A stretch of 64,000 nucleotides of DNA from Octopus vulgaris (GCA_951406725.2 OX597832.1:30504001-30568000); one strand, 5' to 3'; counted from the stretch's first letter, positions 30,965-45,387 are shown. The notes: generated by a model not told the origin, from the sequence alone. Translations and numbers: made by a program.

Positions 30965-32187
30965 TATGTATAATATTTATGTATATTTATTAATATTTCA
31001 CATCTAATATTTAACATCCTACATCAAAATAGCACATCGTCTCACCCACACTTCACCGCAAGAAAGACAAAATGGCGATGCGGTTGTCAACAGTCTTTCG
31101 CAGAAATTTGTTCTCTGGAACAACCATCTAATTGATTTCTTTATAGAAATACGGAAATCCAAATAATTCAACTGCATTTTACATTGATTTACAGCATTTG
31201 AAGTGTTTTCATCCAATTAAAGATAATGAAGATAAATAATTTTCTAACGAATTAGATGGACTTTTAACGAAATACAATAAAATTATTGCAATTAAAAGTC
31301 GCTATGGCTTCGGTTTTATTATAGAGAGAATTGTGTTTTTGATGTGTTTGTTTTGCGTAACGTTTCCGTTATTTTTATCGTATCGTATCGTATTTGTCAT
31401 TTTACGCTTTTCTCTGTCGCCATTTTGTTTTTGCCTCATTCAATTCCAACAATAAATCGTTCCAACTGTTTCATTGAACCACTCCGTTCGGTTTCTATCG
31501 GTGGTTATTTATTAAAAATACAAAGCAAGAAATTGTAAACTTTCATTCTCTTAATCTCCTCTTCCCGTTTTAGTCTAATCCAATCTATAAGATATTGTAA
31601 TCTCTAATATCTTCATCAGCTGCAGTAGAACATTCATTGTCGGCAGGAAGGTCAGCCATGACTTGTCATCGGTTCACATCATAAGCTGGCGGGGTCATTC
31701 GAAGACAACCTGCGCTCTAATCGTTTAAATACCAATAGGAGAGTATCAAGAGATGTATTTAAAAATACAACTTACTCAATCTTTCTAGTCATGGAACAAC
31801 GACCAAAATACGTGTGGATTCTCTGTTTTCTTTTCCTGTTTCAATACTTGTCTCTCTTTCTGCAACATACTTTTTCTTTTCATTTGCTTTTCTGTTTTGT
31901 TTTGTTTGTTTTTTTCACTTTTATTTTAGACATTTATTTTATTCTTCATAACTCACCACCACCACCGCCACCACCACCACCGCCACCACCACCACCGCCA
32001 TCTTCCCAATCTTTTCCCCGATTATTTTTATTTCCCTATTTCTTCAAAATCACTCGTTTTAATCTTCTTTATTACCTTTTTTTTTCCTTCCATGCAATCT
32101 TCATCATTATTCTCTTTTACTTTCCACCCCTCCTCCTCCTTTTCCTCCTTGTTATTGTTGTTATAATTAATATTTAAAATTAGAAAA

Positions 32188-32210
32188 TATCATTATTATC
32201 ATTATCATCA

Positions 32211-32241
<31 letters not shown>

Positions 32242-32680
32242 CATTATTATCATTATTATCATTATTATCATTATTACTTTTGTTGTTGTTATTATTATCA
32301 CCATCATTATTATTATTATTATTATTATTATCATTATTTATTATTATTATTATCATTATTATCATTATTACTGTTGTTGTTGTTATTATTATCACCATCA
32401 TTATTATTATTATTATTATTATTATCATTATTATTATTATTATTATCACCATCATTATTATTATTATTATTTATTATTATTATTATCATCATCATCATCA
32501 TTATCATCATCATCATTATTATTATTATCATCATCATCATTATCATCATTATCATTATCATCATCATCATCATTATCATCATCATCATCATCATCATCAT
32601 CATTATTATTATTATTATTATTGTTATTGTTATTATTATTATCATCATCTTCATCATCTTCATCATCAACATTATTATTA
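32188..32680. repeat. (ATT/ATC)n trinucleotide array
   Basis: Direct. Confidence 0.95.
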
Positions 32681-32780
32681 TATCGAATGAAGAGAGACAA
32701 AACATTCTTGTTCTCCACTTTTTTTTCCATTGATAAATCTTATTCCCTCCAGAATTTTCTGTCCACTTCACCCTCTTAAT

Positions 32781-32813
<33 letters not shown>

Positions 32814-33003
32814 TTCCCCCCTCTCTCTCTCTCTCTCTTTCCTTTTGGTTTTCCTCTTTCCCCCTCTTTCCCCTCCCTTCCACCTCCCTCCCTCCATACA
32901 ACCTTCCTAAGTCATACATGTATGTCAACGCTTTAGTAATCTTTTTCTTGTAGTTTATTGATTTCACTTCTCCCCCACCTCTCCCTCTCTCTCTCTCTCT
33001 ATG

Positions 33004-33049
<46 letters not shown>

Positions 33050-33813
33050 GACACACACACACACTCTTCTCCCTTCCTCTCTCCCTCCACCCCGTTCTCC
33101 TCTTCCTGCAACAAAACTGTAAAGCTGATCGAAATGTGTTTTTTTTACCGGTCACGTTTTCTTCAACCAAACAATTCGATCTCTGATGGAGGTGAAGGAG
33201 GTAGCAGGGGGGGGAAGAGTGGGGGAGGCGGAGGCGATACAGATCTGAATCATTAATTTGTTTAGGTTGTTGTCAAATGTTTATTTAGCCTTTTTTTTGT
33301 TTTGTTTTCGTTATTTGTTTTTCCCTCCTTTTCTCTCCCCCCCCCCCGCCACCTCTTCCCAAGACTCCATTTGCCATGAAACAGTTTAAGTAGCTGCGAC
33401 GGTTGTCTTCGCAAAACAGCTGCTTCAGTTAAACTGGTGTCGGGTGGAAGTCGTTCATGCTAAATTCTCTACCCTAGCGGATTGCCTGATATTGTCAGTT
33501 CATTGCCATTCATCTTCCAATATACATTAAATAAGAAGATTCAACAACCAATTTATCGAACACGCTTGTGTTGCATTCTTTTTTAACAAAATATTTCCAA
33601 CAGAACCAAGCGATAAGTTTATACAAACACACGGAAAACCATATTCGATGGTCGTCAACCCGATCTTGAGTATTACATCTTTCCTATCACCAACATGTAC
33701 TTGTAACAGGTTTAATAGCATTTCCATTATGTACCCTGAGATGACTACCTAGCCCCGACGGAATTCATTCATCAACAGAATTTATCAACGGAACTTGGTC
33801 ATCGTCCAAAATA

Positions 33814-34341
33814 TTGAGTTGTCCGGAAAGTTCGTGCCGATATTTAAAGGAAAGAAAAAGGTCAATAAATACTTGCCATTACATTTTTAATCAACCAAAT
33901 ATGAACCATTTTGTTGCACAATGCATCTCCATCTTCCCAGAATTGAGGTGGTTTCATGGCAAAGAATTCATCAAGGTATCTTTTTACGTCATCCAAGTAA
34001 TTGAAATTTTTACCATTAAGACCTGAATAAGTGGAAATCCGAAGGAGCAATATCTGGTGAATATGGAGGATGGGGTAACACATTCCGGCCGAGCTGCAGC
34101 AATTTTTGTCTGGTTCCCAAAGCATCAAGTGCCGAAAATGAACTTTCTTATTTTCTATTTTTAAAGGTTTACAGAATTAACACAGGTTATAGAAACATAA
34201 TCCTTCTTCCAAGAAAAGATGGCTTAAACTGTGCTCTAAATGGAGGTGTAGTCAAATTCTATTTTATGGACTCAACCATGTTCTAAAATAAGTCGAAAGG
34301 TTAGCTACTATAAATCGGCACGAACTTTCCGGACAACCCAA
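33814..34341 (-). mobile_element. internally deleted mariner element
   Basis: TIR ttg(a/g)gttgtccggaaagttcgtgccgat at both ends, TA TSD; minus strand encodes PHPPYSPDIAPSDFHLF and LNGKNFNYLDDVKRYLDEFF. Confidence 0.9.
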
Positions 34342-34444
34342 TAGATTTTCAGCTCAGCAGCAGATGAACACATAAAAGACGGCAGGGTTCCGCTAAATCT
34401 GTAGGTCCTGCGTAGGCAACCCGTCGAGGTCTCGCAATGTTTGT

Positions 34445-34652
34445 TCTTTTATTTTTTTCAGTCATTTGACTGCGGTCATGCTGGAGCACCGCCCTGAGAG
34501 GGGTTTTGCGTCGAATAAATCGAGCCCCCGAGGACATCCTATTTTAAAGCCTCGTACTTATTCTATCGGTTCCATTTGCAGAACCGCTAAGTTACGGGTA
34601 CGTAAACCCCACCAACACCGGTTGTCAAGCGATGATGGTGGGGACAGACAGT

Positions 34653-34684
<32 letters not shown>

Positions 34685-34694
34685 TACACACACA

Positions 34695-34775
<81 letters not shown>

Positions 34776-34927
34776 CGGGCTTCTTTCAGCTTCCGCCTAC
34801 CAAATCCACTCACAAGGCTTTGGTCGGTCCGAGGCCATAGTAGAAGACACTTGTTCAAGGTACCACGCTGTGGGACTGAACCTGGAACCATGTGGTTGGC
34901 AAGCAAGCTTCTTGCCACGCCTGCGCC
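34445..34927 (-). mobile_element. SINE family A, full length
   Basis: Homology to family A. Confidence 0.85.
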
Positions 34928-35114
34928 TCTGGACCTTTCATAAATAAGTCTGGCATCTGAAAGTGTCATGTGATCACAGACAGTGCAAACAGAACTATTT
35001 CTGGGCCCGGGGCGGCACAGAATTTCAGCAGCTTACGATCGCCAGGGGTTACGTTTTACTTATCTAATGAGCAATTCGAACTCTCTCTCTCTCGTGTGTG
35101 TGTGTGTGTGTGTG

Positions 35115-35218
<104 letters not shown>

Positions 35219-36104
35219 GCCGTACATACGTACATGTCACATTTTTCAGGTGTCATTTCATTTAAGCCATTTTATACATTATTATTGCTCTGAAATTGAA
35301 TATGTTGTAATTTCATTGGACAAATTGCAACATCTGCAGAACAAAATAATCAATAGAATTTGCAAGGCATTCATTTCTATTACTATCGTTTGTTAATGGT
35401 TAACGCTAAATTCTGAAAGTAGGGTACTTTCACTATTAAGATCTATTCGCAGATAGGAATCTACTCAAAATTTGGTTAGCCCGGTAAGATGTGTGTGTGT
35501 GTAAAGTGACATAAAGAGAAGGGTGAAATTGTTTCAGGGAATTAAGCAATCAACGTTTGGGGCAATCCTTCTTCCGAGTAAAGCTGACAGGAAGGAAATG
35601 AAAGGAAAAAAGCCGAGTTTCAAATCTTTGTGTTTAAGAGACTGGCTGCAAGTGATGGGAAACGCAAGACAATATGAACTGGCATACGTAGACAGAAAGT
35701 AGTAGGCGAGAGAGGAAAAAGAAAAGAGAGATGAAAAGAGATAGAGAAATGGGTGACGATGTGGTGGTGGGAAAAATGAGGTGATGGGGAAGCTAAAGGG
35801 GGCAATACTGAACAAAGAGGGGCTGCAGGAGTAGAAAAAGACGTTCACGTAAACCCGTCGGTTACATTGTTCTGAATTTAAATATGAAATGTAATTTCTA
35901 TTTCCTTGAGTGTGTAGATCTATGATGTACGGAGAGGCTGCACATTGATAAATGGATGATGGAATGGTCCATTTTGTGAAGTGGGTGGTGACAGGTTGGC
36001 CTTACATACATTGCAGTGTACTTTCAATGTTCTCCCGGAAGGGGTTGTAAGGCGACGGCCTGTTCTTTCCACACTTTGCAAATGATAAAATATATTGGTT
36101 TTAA

Positions 36105-36503
36105 ACGTTGGCACAAGGCCAGCAATTTCGGAAGCGAGGGGCCAAGTCGATTACATCGACCCCGGTGTCCAGCTGGTACTTATTTTATCAACCCCACTCC
36201 CAAAACAAAAGGATGAAAGGCAAAGCTGACATCGGTGGAATTTGATCTCAGAATATAAAGAAGGACGAAATACCTATTTCTTTACTACCCACAAGGGACT
36301 AAACATAGAGGGGACAAACAAGGACAGACAAATGGATTAAGTCGATTATATCGACCCCAGTGTGAACTGGTACTTAATTTATCGACCTCGAAAGGATGAA
36401 AGGCAAAGTCGACCTCGGCGGAATTTGAACCTAGAACGTAACGGCAGACGAAATACCGCTAAGCATTTCGCTCGGCATGCTAACGTTTCTGCCAGCTCGC
36501 CGC
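36105..36503 (-). mobile_element. two abutting SINE family B copies (36105-36270 tail variant 2; 36271-36503 tail variant 1)
   Basis: Core motif present twice. Confidence 0.85.
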
Positions 36504-36715
36504 AGTTGCAGACGATTAAATCTATTACGTTGAAAGATGTCCAACAGAAGTTTTAGGTAAAGAATTATCGTGAGTTAGGTTTGGTGATGAGTGTGACATT
36601 GTAGGAGCAGGTTCTGCATCATCAACGTGTGCATGTGAAACTGTTGTGCAACTTCCAGCTATGAGCTTGCCAGGTTTCATGTCCGTTTACATATGAACGT
36701 ACAATTATATATATA

Positions 36716-37281
36716 CGAGGGTGAGTCAAGAAGTATTGCCATTTTGTTTAGGACAGGTATAATTACCAACACAGGAACATGTATCATACATCAAAATGAA
36801 GCTGGTCCTCTGTGGATCACATCCCTACTTCTCAACATAGTCACCGTTTCTCTCAATAGCAATGTTCCACCTTCGAATGAGAGCATGTATCCTTGCCCCG
36901 TAGAATTCTGTTGACTGTTCTTTGAGCCACTTCTTCACTACAGTTTTCACTTCCTCATTACTGGAGTAATTTAGTGCCTTCAGACTATCATCTTTTCAGC
37001 CCCATGAAAGAGGGCTTGACAGACAAACATTACTCCAATGATGAGGAAGTGAAAACTAGTGAAGAAGTGGCTCAAAGAACAGTCAACAGAATTCTACTGG
37101 GCAGGGATACATGCTCTCATTCGACGGTGGAACATTGCTATTGAGAAAAACGGTGACTATGTTGAGAAGTAGGGATGTGATCCACAGAGGACCAGCTTCA
37201 TTTTGATGTATGATACATGTTCCTGTGTTGGTAATTATACCTGTCCTAAACAAAATGGCATTACTTTTTTACTCACCCTCG
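36716..37281. mobile_element. palindromic mariner-derived MITE
   Basis: ~255-bp inverted arms starting cgagggtgagt, TA TSD; right arm encodes PSDYHLFSPMKEGL...RRWNIAIEKNGDYVEK*. Confidence 0.9.
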
Positions 37282-37304
37282 TATATATATATATAGTACC
37301 TGCA

Positions 37305-37342
37305 CGCCTGGAGAACTACGTTGCGTAGAAACAATTGTAGTG
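37305..37342 (+). ncRNA. minimal type I hammerhead-like motif with one core mutation, in a (TA)n-flanked element (37296-37531)
   Basis: cgc-CTGGAGA-ac-tacg-ttg-cgta-GAAA-c-aatt-GTA-gtg; palindromic ACAATTGT. Confidence 0.45.
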
Positions 37343-37527
37343 ATTGAAAATAAATGTCCAGCCGTATTCCTTCTTGCTGATTCCAAATTTTTTTCAGTTA
37401 CTTATTTACACACGACAGAAATCCAAGCGCAAACCTGGAAGTACATATTATACTACTACTGGATAACACAGGGGGAAATCTGAAGACGGACGAGCTTTAT
37501 ACTGCACTCTACTAGCAGAATATACCA

Positions 37528-37599
<72 letters not shown>

Positions 37600-38304
37600 C
37601 AATGGCTTTGGCTTGAGTTGAGGGTATTTTGATCAAAACGAAACTGGAAATTTTTGTGGTAAACTTTGCGAGAAATATATTTTCGTTTAACATTTTCAAG
37701 AATTGGAAACGAAATGTTACCTGTTGATTTCACATGGTGGAGCTTCACACACACATACACACATACACACATACACACACACACACACGCACAAACACAC
37801 ACACACACACGCACACACACGCTAGCGCAAGTGATATGGCTTCCGTTTTCCTGACTGAATCTTTTATATGACAATCAATGGCAAGCAAAACAATGCCAGT
37901 GGTTTTAGAAAAAAAATAGTTTTAAATAAAACAAGAAAATAGTTTAATATTCAATTTCATATTTGTGTGCATAGGAATTGAGGGAGGTGGCTTAAACATA
38001 ACTACGGTTCTTGTTTTTTTTGGGGGGGGGGGGGTTGCTCACATCATTATTTTTAATACAATGTTTTAGAAATGGTTATGTTGATATGGTTAATAAGAAA
38101 AAAATTATTTAGAAGCTCAGTTTCGGGTGATTCTTTCCAGGCCGCCTAACTTTGTGTCAATCAATTTCTTATAACTTGCGAAGTTTTCTTTTTATTACGT
38201 CGACATAATCGTAATTCATTCTCACGAAAACGTTTATCTGCAAAAATTTCATAAGAAAATATTCCGTTTCCAGAAAGCTGTGAGGAAAGAAAGTTATATA
38301 GATA

Positions 38305-38613
38305 TATGCGTGGCACCTTGGACAAGTATCTTCTATTATAATTTCGGATGACCAAAACCTTTTGAGCAGATATGGTAGACGGAAATTAAAGGAAGCCCGT
38401 CGTGTGTGTATGTGTATGTGTGTGTATCGCTTCACAACCGGATTTAGTGTGTTTATGTCCCCGTAACTTAGCGGCTCAACAAAGAGGCCGATAGAATATA
38501 AGTACCAGGCTTATAAACAAATAATTACGGGGATCGATTCGATAGACTAAATTCTTCCGGGCGGTGCGCCAGCATGGTCACAATATAATGACTGAAACAA
38601 GTAAAAGATAAAA
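38305..38613 (+). mobile_element. SINE family A, 5' truncated and diverged
   Basis: Homology to family A. Confidence 0.8.
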
Positions 38614-38659
38614 GGTATATATATATATAAATGTGTGTACGTGGGGGTGTGTTTAGTAT

Positions 38660-39125
38660 ATACACAGAAGGACAGAAAACGCAGAAGTTCACCAATTCTC
38701 CATCAGTTATCGACCGGAGAGTCAAACGCAATTTCGACCATTATCGATAATATTGCTTCCACTCTGGAGGCACCGACAAGAAACTTGCCGGCAATGGGAC
38801 CTAAAATTAACAAGACGAAACGGGCCCGAGACGAGACCCTTAATGGACGGACGGGGAAGCAAAACAATAAACAGAATTAAAGTTGTCTTCGTGTGGTCCT
38901 AAGCCTTTATTCTGTTTATTGTTTTGTCCCATGTCCGTCCATTAACGGTCTCGTCTAGAGCCCGTTTCGTTTTGCTATGTTTATGTCCCGTTCCCGACAA
39001 GTTTCATGTCGGTGCCCCCAGAATGGAAGCAATATTATCGATAATGGCTGAAATTGCGTTTGACCCTCCGGCCGATAACTGATGAAGAATTGGTGAACTT
39101 CTGTGCTTTCTGTTCACCTGTGCAT
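38660..39125. repeat. imperfect ~220-bp-arm inverted repeat, pLTR-like, each arm with a permuted hammerhead motif
   Basis: Arms ~38660-38880 and ~38905-39125; motifs at 39029-39085 (+) and 38700-38756 (-). Confidence 0.8.
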
Positions 39126-39213
39126 TTAGTAAATGTTCGTTTATTTAATACACATTTTTAAAATTATATATAGGTAGGTCATATTTTTCGTTTGTTGTCT
39201 TTTTATTTAATCC

Positions 39214-39274
<61 letters not shown>

Positions 39275-42200
39275 CTGACTGCATCTCATTTGAGGAGATC
39301 AGAGAATCCAGCAATGTTGAAGATGAACCTTATTATTATCAGGGAAGAGGTTCCCAACTGGCATAAAATATGTGAAATATTAACAACTGGGTATCGAAAC
39401 CGGGTCCTAAGTTTTTTCTAATATCATAGTTTCTACTCTACGGCCTCCTGCACGCGCAGCAACATATTCACAGATACGCTATGCACACACACACATACAC
39501 GCACCAAAGTATCCACTTATTCTCTTATTACAAACTGTTTGCAATGTCGACCAGCTTCCATTTCTTGTATTGTTCCTATTATTGTTGTTGTTTAATCAAC
39601 CCGTTAACAATATCTGCTACTTCCGTCATCTCAATCAACATTACGGGGGAAATGTGGGTTGTGAAGATTGCATAAATTCAATTTATTGGTGTCGTTTCTT
39701 TTCCAAGTTTTATTATGTCTTTATTTGGTTTTCACGTATATTTGCTGACCTTAAGATCGCGTTTAAACAAACTGTGTTGATAGTGTTGGTCGTTACTGAA
39801 AGTATATTGAGGGTAGCTTTGGATGGCGCCACACAGTCCAGAAAAGTGTCAAATTCGGCGAGGAAAAGCGATAAATTCTCACCTCGGTTATTTGTTTAAC
39901 TTTGCTACTGAACATATTGTACACACGGAGCTTCCTCACTTCAGTTGTGGGGGCCGGAATTGTTGAACACAGCTTTATGCATTAGCAGCCGATAATCCCC
40001 CCATTCTAGTTTGTTTGTTTATTGTTGTTTTTTTCAAATATTTACTTAAACATTAACAATAATAAAAGCATATCTCCAGCAACTTAATTCTTTCCGTACA
40101 AATACTTGTGTGTGTGTGTGTGTGCGTGTGTGAACATGGAATGAGAAACTCTTTTCAATAAACATTCAAAGGTTGCTGGTTGAAATAAAAAAAAATAATA
40201 AGTTCAAAACAGAATTTAAATTTTGAATCTTAATGAATTCCGAAAAATTGTTCTTGTGAAATCATTTATCTCAAACGCTTATCACTGTTACTATAACATT
40301 CAGAGACTATTTTCAGAGTGACTTGTTGACATTTGTACGCTGAAAGTCTTATGACAGGAAATGGATGAATTCTATAAAATGTTTGAGAAATTAACAAAAT
40401 TAATTAGAAAATTTGATTAATTACGAGGTCATTTTTCAAATACGTGCATCGCTGTAAGTTATTGCATTACATTACTATAAACTATTTCAGACAAACGGAA
40501 TATGTCACAGTGTGTTTGTATCGCAATTTAGCTAATCTGAAGCGAAAGTTCAGTGGAGATTCTTGCGAAATGAAGATGAATTAGTTCATCACGTGCCATT
40601 TATTAGCAGAGGAAAGAAAGACACGTGAAAGACCTGCATCGACATGCATTTAGGCGCTGGAACATGGCACTCTTATCGCACGCAGATTCTTGCCAGCTGC
40701 AGTGGAGAAGAGATATCCATTGAAGCTCATTGTCAGTGGAACTAACGAAGATCGATCTGGTTCGATGAAAGCATTTCAAACTGCCAGAATTTATCGTTAT
40801 GTAATATATTACAATGAACCGTTTCATATATACACAGATCATATCGTTATGTATTATACTAGTATACCCGTGTCATCAATAATAGCATCTGATATGTTTA
40901 TCTTAATGTTATCAAAGTTGTTAATATATAGATCGAATTGTTTTGAACTTGTGACGTCCAAATACGGACAGAAGGCAGCTTGGAAAGATAGAATTTGCTA
41001 ATACACTAATATAGATGTAGTGTAAGGGCAAGCAGTCAAAGTCGATTAAGTTCAATGAGGCGCCTATTTCTAGAAGGTTAGATAATGGAAAGGCGAGAAA
41101 CATGAGGTCGGGTTGAGAGTGATACACGCGGTCACGTGAACAGTTGGGTGTTAGTCGAAGCGATTACTAAACAAATACAACACTTAATAAAAAAACTATT
41201 GAAATGGATTATAAAATAATGTATGCATGAATGCATGTACGGATGCGAACGCCATAGTTTATCTTCTTTTTCTACTTTTCACGTTGTTACGAGGATTTTA
41301 GCGAACAATTGAGAGACAAGCAAACATCTGCCCCCTGGCGGACTGTTTACATTGACCAGAATCACCATTTTACTTATGATAAATATCAAGATGATGAGCA
41401 GCTCCCTTCCTGTAGGGCCTAGTTTCACTGGTCCTGGAATTTATTGCCTTCACCACAAACATTTTTAAAACGGCATCTCCCTAGCGGCCAAAGGTGCTGG
41501 GCCTGAGCTTTGGAATGTCTCAAACACTTCGCAAACGTGTTATCTTCGAAGAGTGTCCTTTGTTACAAACCTGTTCGGTCGCCTTAAGCTTACTCGTCAT
41601 CTCTGCCTTATAGTATTTAGATGAAAGTGTGTTGAAAGTGTGTTTTCGTCATCGGTCTTCTACAGAATCTCTTCGCAATTTACACCTACGGGGATTGATC
41701 ACATCTGACGTGTTTCTCAAGTTCGATCTAAAAGAAAAAACACCTTTAGTTCAAATCCGCTCAGTGAAAACAGGGCTCCAGAATTCAAGCATTTTGGTAT
41801 GCATTTAAGGAGCCTTCTCATTTTTTTTTCTTTTGGTAACCAGCGTGTTGTTTCTCACTCGAAAGTTCAGCAAAGCCATCCAATTGGTTCTGCAAGGTTT
41901 GCGATAGATATTGATGATATTGCAGGATTGGATCCTTTCAATGCCTGGAACTTTGATGATTCGTGTTTGACAACCAGGATAGGAGAATCGCTACAGCGAA
42001 GTTGATCATTTAGGGGATCTTTTCGCTTTGAACGGCAGATTTTTAAAATAATTTCTTTGTAACTAAACACTTTTAAACTTCGTATACTGGTAGAATGTGT
42101 TTATAAAACATCTTTTTCTCTTGGCTTTCTTGAGAAAATTCAGTAGTTTGTAAGCTATTTGTTCTTTAGTATCTTGCATTTCGGCAATTTCAACCAATCA

Positions 42201-42667
42201 ATGACGTCTATTGAGGTGAATTCAACAACTTTAAAATGTTAACTTGTGAAAACTAATCATTTATTCTATGGTGGGTCTATTTACCAAATTATCTCCCTCC
42301 CCTATAATCCTCCCTCGTCGACGTGACGTTCCGCCGGAGCTCCAGTGTTCGATTTTACTTTCGAACACGTCTTACTCTCAAAGATGTTAAGCAATAAACA
42401 AATACTTAGAAACATCGATACAGTTGATCCCTATCGCGATTTATTTAATCTTAAGAATTGTTGGATTAGGCAGGAAAATGCAGTGCTGCTGTGATAAGGT
42501 CCTCGATTCTGGAAGTCTTCATTGTTTCTCAAAGGAACTCCCAACACTGGGGTAAAAATTGATTATAAACCAAGCCCTATCCAGAGTAAATACCTCACCC
42601 CAACTCCAATCCTAGAGTCAAGGTTTATCCAGGGGTGACGAGAAGAGGCCTATAGGTTTACCGTTTA

Positions 42668-42901
42668 GAAGGCGGCGAGCTGGCAGAAACGTTAGTACGC
42701 CGGGCGAAATACGTAGCCGTATTTCGTCTGCCGTTACGTTCTGAGTTCAAATTCCGCCGAAGTCGACTTTGCCTTTCATCAATTCGGGGTCGATAAATTA
42801 AGTACCAGTTACGAACTGGGGTCGATATAATCGACTTAATCCGTTTGTCTGTCATTGTTTGTCCCCTCTGTGTTTAGCCCCTTGTGGGCAATAAAGAAAT
42901 A
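42668..42901 (+). mobile_element. SINE family B, full length
   Basis: Repeat tataggtttacc on both flanks (TSD). Confidence 0.9.
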
Positions 42902-44040
42902 TATAGGTTTACCTTTTTGCTTGTAGGCAAGAGATAGACTCGTCCCCCGAATCTATTTCTTCATGATACATCTTAAATGTTTAACCCAATCCGAATGTGA
43001 CCATCCTAGTGTCTTCTTCCCTCCTCCCACCCACCCAAGCATTGTGTAACTTGTGGCCTGGATTATCCAGTGTGTCACTTTTTGAGACAGTGAGGGCGAT
43101 TTGAGAGTGATTTGACAGTTAATTCTCGCAGGTCGAACGATTGCGAAGAGATTCTGTTGTTGACTTGTCTCTGTATCTGTTGCTTATGTTAATTTATTCA
43201 CTGTGAAAGTCCTTAGGGCAATTTTGGATGCAAAAGGCAACGGCAGCTGTAGAAGATCAAATCTGAATGTGTCCCGCTATGTACAGAAATGTTATTCATT
43301 GCGCACATTTGTGTTTGTGTATCTATTGTAAGTTTCTTTATACGGTAGGAAATCTATTTTAATAATGTAGTTTGAGGCGAGTATTGACGTTTAAACATGT
43401 TTACTGGATGTCACAGAGTTAATATTTATAATACATGAAAATTGTTTTCTATAATCGTTTAAGAATGACATTTTATTATAAATTATCCAGTGAGAATTCG
43501 TTTGTTTAGCTTATCCTGGTGATATGTCGTTCAAAACATTATTCCACTTATGTGTTGTTACTTCGTCTTTTACAAATGTTTCGTTTTCAACATTGAATAC
43601 GAGCAGGTGTTGCGAACAATTCTTTGTTCCTAAGGGTATTTGGCACAGCAACCTGAGAACAAATGAAATGTAAAATCGTTACGGGTGACTTCATAATTTC
43701 AAAAATGGAGAGGCGGTGACTTAGCAGAAACTGAAATGCCGGAATAAATGCCCCGCGGTAGAGTGTCTTTTTTTAAGTTCCGAGTTCAAATCCCGCGCAG
43801 GTTGTTCCTCTCTCTGGAGTTAATGAAATAAAAACTAATATTGATTCCACTAAATCGACTGTGGAATACTCCTGAAAATCTAATTCCTTAAATTTGAATC
43901 CACGATGAGAAATAATTATTTCAAAACAGAAAGGCAGAATCAAAGTGCTGGATACATTAAAGTATTTCACTTTCATTTCCAGATGTTGTAAGTTCAATCC
44001 ACTCTGTTATCGAATTTGCTTTTCAATATTTTGTGGTGCG

Positions 44041-44396
44041 CAAACCTGGGCACCAAACCGTTTATCCGTTAATCGTTAATTAACGAAGTTAATATTTTCG
44101 TTAACGATTTAACTTCTACGTTAACTTGGCAAACCATTATCTGACTAATTAACTTCCGTTACATTTAACTTCCGTTAACTTCAATTTTATAGTTTTGGCA
44201 CTTTTTAAAGATGTTTTTTGCAGGTTTTAGAGCAAAAACTTTTTTTTCTGTAAGAAAAATTAAAGTTAACGGTTTATCGATAACTTCCGCTACATTTTTA
44301 AAGAATTAACTGATTCACGGTTATCGAAGTTAACTTCTTAGTTAACGGATTAACGGTTAACGAAGTTAACTTTTCGATTAACGGTGCTTACTTTTG
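44041..44396. mobile_element. GTTAAC-rich non-autonomous DNA element
   Basis: Dense gttaac/aacg subterminal motifs at both ends; weak terminal inverted similarity caaacctgggcacc / ggtgcttacttttg. Confidence 0.45.
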
Positions 44397-45179
44397 GAGG
44401 TCTGTAAAAATTGGAATAATTAGAATGAATTAGTCACTTGTGGACAGATACGCTCGCTCTAAAGGTTATCATTGTTGTTCTGCCATGATTATTATTATTA
44501 TGAATCCGTCATAATCACATTCCAGATTGGAGAAATATAAAACTATGTTTTGCAGTGAGTGAATTTTATTTTATTTTATCTATTTATTTATTTATTTCAT
44601 TATATTATTATTATTTTATAAACTAGACGAACGACTGTATAAAGTCGCTGATAAGCAAGAATTGTATCAACCTTGATAAGCAAATAATTTAAGCGTTGTT
44701 GGATACGGTAGAACGAAGGCAGTTGTTGTGGAAGCTCGAGTCTGCTTTTCCTCTTGTGTTCAACATGTTATATACTTTCTTCATCTCACAACAGCAGAGA
44801 GAGGAACAAAAACATTCTCCGACGAATGTAATGGGCATGAGTTATTGGTCACAAAAACGGTGACTGGCATATTTTCTACCAAGAATCCCTCTGACTTTTT
44901 TAATGCCATAAGGCTGTTGAGTCGGATCGGATGCAGTAAATATACCATGTCACAGCATAAACTGAGGATATAAATGGTTCCGGTTGTGTTTCACAGAAAG
45001 GGCAAATTTCAGCTCTTGGAAATGTGATTGAAATTGAGTTTGCGATCGCCATATGCACCGCGCATGCGCGTGTCTATGTGCATAGGAATGGATTTTCTGA
45101 TCATTTTCCCATTTTGATAATTAGATATTTCTAAATCATTAAGCGTTTACGATTTGCAGACAACTAACATCTAATTATG

Positions 45180-45355
45180 ATGTAAGAAATCCTCCAGTCC
45201 CCTCTGTAAAGAGGTTAGCGTTAGGAAGGGCATCCGGCCGTAGAAACCATGCAAAAAAGGACAATGGAGCCCACTGCGGCCTCGGAGCCCTACCAGCTCC
45301 TCTCAGACAGTCCAAGCCATGCCAACATGGAAAACAGACGTAAAACGACGACGAC

Positions 45356-45387
<32 letters not shown>

